The notes under the pieces: model-generated
What the model was told of the DNA's origin: nothing
What the model saw: only the letters and a program-made list of their open reading frames with translations
Database searches by the model: none
Assembly (NCBI GenBank): GCA_017654855.1
Contig: CM030336.1
Coordinates: 1,736,001-1,800,000 of the forward strand
Reading direction: 5' to 3'
Source: Podospora anserina
Lineage: Eukaryota
DNA length: 64,000 bases
Program-made: the position numbers and the translations under genes
In this document: positions 59,807 through 64,000 of the stretch, piece by piece
Numbering within the stretch: position 1 is the stretch's first letter
How the letters are laid out: every line of letters begins with the position of its first letter

Positions 59807-61216
59807 ATGGACCAACGAGAGAAAGCTCCCTTCTTGGCCAGCTCCAGGGACATGGAGGAAGCAGCGCAACATGCTGACTCCACCCAGCCGCAACAACAAC
59901 ACCGCCGTGGCCTAAGGAGCACCGTTCGCATCCTAGGAGCAACAACCTGCCTCCTCGTCTTCCTCCTCCACATCCTCCTCCAAGTCCCGCTAACCACCAC
60001 CAGCACCACCACCACCACCCTCCAGCCCCATCACCACCATGCCTCCAACCCCCCCCGATCCATCACCCACCCCACCATCAAAAAGCGCATCCCGGGCGAA
60101 CACGTCGTCCTAGCCGACTGCCGCGACCGCAAAAACGTCGTCTCCTCCCAGATGGCCTACTACGTCGGCGACCCCGGCCCCATCCCCGGCGACGTCGCCA
60201 TAGTAGAGACACCCCCCGGTCAAACCGCCCTCTGGATCAACACCGAGACCTCTGCCCTCTTCTACAACAGCAACGTCACCTTCACCGCCCGGCTCGGCCC
60301 CAAGGTAGGCGACGGGCAGTTTGCCGGGATGGGTGACAACGGCTACGGGAATTTTACTTGTTGGCAGAGGTTCAAGTTTGATCTGTATCGCTACAACAAT
60401 GATACGATTTGCACGGGGGTGTATGCTTGTAATCATGATACTATGCCTGGTTGGTATCCCCTCCCCCACCCCCCATCCCATCTTGATGATTTTCGGGAAG
60501 TGTACTGATGGGGTTGGGTTTCAGCGGTGTTGCCTACTCCCGGGGCGGGTTCGAGTCCGGGGGCGGGGGCCGGGGCGGCTCCGGAGGCGGCCCCAAGCGG
60601 CGGTCTCCCACAGGGAGCAATGATAGGGATCAATGTCGCCGGTGTCGGGTCAGTGCTTTTTGGGATTGCGATGGGGGTTTTTTGGTGGTACTGGCGGCGG
60701 ACAAGACAGCGGCAGCAACAACAACAACAACAACAAGGGGACGAGTCGCCTGAGCCAAAGACGGAGAATAATGAAGCGTCACTTCCGCCGCCGACATATG
60801 CCTCGGCTGTTTTGCCTCAGTCGCCGGCTGCTGCGCCCAAGTTTGAGCTTGCGGCGGGGACGCTGTATGAGATGGATGGGCAGTGGTACCGCGTGGAAAT
60901 GGCGACTGATACTTCGAGGTATGAGATGGATGCGCAGAGTGTCAAGAAAGGGGGTGGGGTTGCGAGTGAGGAGGTGGAAAATGAGGAGAGGGAGAGTCCG
61001 ACTAGTTCTGCGGAGGGGAGTAGTCTGTCAGCGATGACGAGGGGTGATACTGTGACTTCTGTCAACTCGCCGGTTTTGACGCCGGTGAATGCCGAGGGGA
61101 GGGTTGTGTCGCTGCCTGTGGCCGGGATGCCGGTGCCGGTGTTGGTTCCTATTCCTGGGCCTGGGGCAGATGATAATGCTGAGAGTGAGGCTCATGGAAA
61201 GACTGGGTCTGGTTGA
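59807..61216 (+). CDS. Two-TM receptor-like protein with KKR site and small Cys-containing ectodomain, 2 exons
   Basis: N-terminal anchor ILGATTCLLVFLLHILL, then KKR, then domain EHVVLADC...FTC...ICTGVYAC. Intron 60450..60524. Second TM GAMIGINVAGVGSVLFGIAMGVFWWYW-RR, PPPTY motif and acidic tail. Confidence 0.8.
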
Positions 61217-61389
61217 TAATGGAAGGCTTGTGTCATTGGGATGGGGAGTACCTCAGGTAGCTAAAAATGAAAATAGGGATCTTGACACCTGCAGAGCACT
61301 AACGACATGGACCGTTTCCCGGGCAGACGAGATTACCTTGTCTTTCAGTCCACCTGCTCGAAATTGTTTACTTCGATTCCTCCAATAGT

Positions 61390-63674
61390 TCAACTACAGC
61401 ATTCTGCCTCTTTTTGACGGCCCTTCTCTAGAGGAGTTTGGCTGTCTTTGCCACCACGGAGCGATTTATCTGCGCCGCGAGCCAGCAAGAGGCGAACAAC
61501 GTCAGCATAACCTCCTCCTGCGGCTCCAAAGAGGGCTGTTCTGTGCGACTTGTCCTGTGCGTTGACCTTGGCCCCCTTCAATAGCAAGTCCCTGGCTGTA
61601 TCAAACCTCCCAGCCCAAGAAGCCCAGCGCAAAGGCGTGCTCCCACCCTGGTCCTTAGCATCGACCTCGGCACCGCGTTCAAGGAGGAGCTTGATCATGG
61701 ACACATCTCCTGCGTGTGCAATGATATGCAACGCCGTCTCGTTGCGGCGAACCCTGATGGAAACAGGCACGCCAATCTCCAGCAGCTTGCGCACAGTGTT
61801 CCGATAGCCTAGCTGCGCCGTGTCGATCAACGCTGCCTGCATGTGTGTGAGGGGGATCACGAGATGGTCAGAGTTCCCCAAGGTGAGCATCTTGAACATG
61901 AACTCAAACTCCTTGTGCGCCGAAGCCTCCAAGCGCTGCTCCGGAGCCTTCAGGGTAGCATTCGAGGCTCTCTTTGCCGTCTCTGCCCTGGATTCATCTC
62001 TGCCAGCGTGCCGTAACAGGTTAGCTCAGCATGTTGCCCGTCTTAGACTGAGAAACAAGTGCCACAAGAGACAAAGCCTCACTCGAGTTGTGTCAGTTGC
62101 AGGCATAGATTCATATTTCCTTGTTGCGCGGCCACCGCGCTCGGCAAAAGTCCAAGGTTGTTCCTTTTGACCACCAGGTGCAGCATGTCCTTTGCCTGCG
62201 GCCACTCGGACTCCTGCCATGCAACCTGGTGGATATCGAAACAGTCTAGAGATGCCCCCGCAAGCGCGTGGAAGACTGTATAGCCAGCCATGTTGCCGTC
62301 GAACCCCTGACACAGCTGCATGCGGCAGGCTGAGATCTCGGCAGGGCACTGGATCCTGCATAAGGACATGATCATGACGACCTCCTTGGGCCCGAACGGG
62401 GTGGACATCGCGGCCAGCAGCGGAAGGTGCTTCGTGACGAAGTATGAGACGACTGATGACACGGTCTTTACGTCGGTGTGGTGTGCGAGGGCTCTCCTTG
62501 GTGAGGATGCGGTGCAGAATGGCACCGACAACCCGTATGTCGCCCTTCGAGGACCACTTGGTAATGCGGCCTTCGAAACGCTCCGACTGCTCGGCTATTT
62601 CCTGCGCTGAATGTCGGTCATCGCATCCTAGAGAGAAAGCTCTCGGAAGACTGGTATGAATTCGGCCTTACCGGTGCCCAATAAACTCTTGTACCTGCAT
62701 GGCTTGTTGGCAGCGCGCCGCCATCCTCCAGCTGAAAAGAAGTTCCAGAGTCCCCCAGCCTGGTGACCAGATCGACTTACACCGAGTTTCGGAGTGCGAT
62801 CAGAACTTTGAAGATGCAGTTAGGCCCCGTTTGAGCTCTGATGGGAGCGAAAGAAGCCGGCCAAGGGAGCTCACCGTTTCCTGGTTTTACATCCCGGTGC
62901 AGAATGGTGTGCCACCCTGACGGGAAGCTAGTGTATCCATGGAGAGAGCCGTTGTTCCGAGTTGCCTCGAGTCCGTAATGGCAGCGTGACAAAGCTGATC
63001 CCAAGGCCTCGACAAAAGTCCAAGCCACATTGTCTGGAAACATCACACTGTCGAAAGCCGGCAAGGACCGGGGAGTTAGCCGCAGAAACCGGGCAGAGCG
63101 ACGAGCTCCGTGGCGGCATGACTCACGTGTTCTTTTCCAGAGTTGCCTCCAGTTCCTTGAATTGACAGAACTCGGTGTATATCTCCATCTTGGTGTCGCT
63201 GAGTTCGTGATGAACATATTGGATAATGCGGGGATGGTCCAACGTCATGTAGCATCGAAGCTCCATATCTGTGTCCCGTATATGCTTCTCGCGTGCCCTC
63301 TGCTGTATCCATGGGGGAAACCGAATGACCTTTTTGGCAAAGTTTTAGAGCTCATCTCCGTCAGCGACCATCGTCACGCAACCACACCAGGCGACACGAA
63401 CGTTATGGCACAGCGTGCATTCTACCCAAAATACATCCCCATAGGCGCCCCTCCCCATCATATCCCCGGTCTTGGTGCTGCTGGTGAACTCGTGGGGATA
63501 GCAACGCCCGTCGGTCCGAGGGTAGTATCTGATCATGGCTTTGCTTCCATCGTCGGTCAGTTTCGCGTCAGAGCGCGAGGATCCATCCTCTGTTGTCTCA
63601 GTTGTCTCTTGCGAAGCGTCAAAAGGGTAGCTCGCTATCAATACCATTGACCGTTGATAGCGGCCCCTTTTCAT
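61390..63674 (-). pseudogene. Protein kinase (NIMA/NEK-like) plus ankyrin-repeat gene, disrupted
   Basis: Kinase motifs GRGAYGDV, FAKK, LDHPRII, YTEFC, HRDVKPGN, GDSG (for DFG), AGTRVYWAP|E and KGDIR. Premature TAA at 62777, probable acceptor loss at about 63345, and frameshifts. Ankyrin repeats TALH, TPLRWA, TALFGA and TPLE. Confidence 0.8.
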
Positions 63675-64000
63675 TCATCGTTAGAGTCGATTGGACTGTC
63701 TCCACGTAGTGAAACGGGCGCCTACTACCTACCTACCTGGAAAGGTACGTGACCTGTGTGATCGTCGAGATGAGTCCCTTTTCTGGAGCTGCTGAACTTG
63801 TGTGCTCTGATGTTCGGTTCCTTTTGTTTTTTTCCTTATACGTCTATTTTGCCTCTCAGGTAGGCTGTGTTGGTTTCTTCCTCGCCTGGCTCTTCCATGG
63901 GCTTTTCTTCTCCTTCATCGGTAAGATGAGTTAGTACGCCCCAAGCAATGGCCGAGAGAACTTTCGCTGCTGTCTCCTTGAGCTTCCAGCTCTTTGCTGA

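Overview
Intron-containing filamentous-ascomycete DNA. It is most consistent with a Sordariales genome, probably the Podospora anserina complex; this is inferred from gene content, RIP-type decay and LTR style. The window has about 20 intact genes: IDI-2-like secreted protein, IKS1-type kinase, NUP-family protein, Zn2Cys6 transcription factor, CE1 esterase, DUF1996 protein, AA9 LPMO, SPT5, M14 carboxypeptidase, MFS/MCH transporter, laccase-like oxidase, GMC oxidoreductase, amidohydrolase, receptor-like membrane proteins and small secreted proteins. It also has one tRNA-Ser(GCT), a stack of three related solo LTRs, a RIP-degraded pogo/Fot1-type transposon and four decaying genes. Three things the ORF track hides stand out. 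First, two spliced paralogous Cys/His microproteins 35 kb apart share an exact MC-x9-CGH-x8-C-x4-C...C-x4-C signature. Second, a cryptic gene is interrupted by two in-frame TAG codons (A-to-I editing candidate versus pseudogene). Third, the LTRs share one conserved half while the other half is built from different GATC-core microrepeats. All calls were made by eye, with no database searches.
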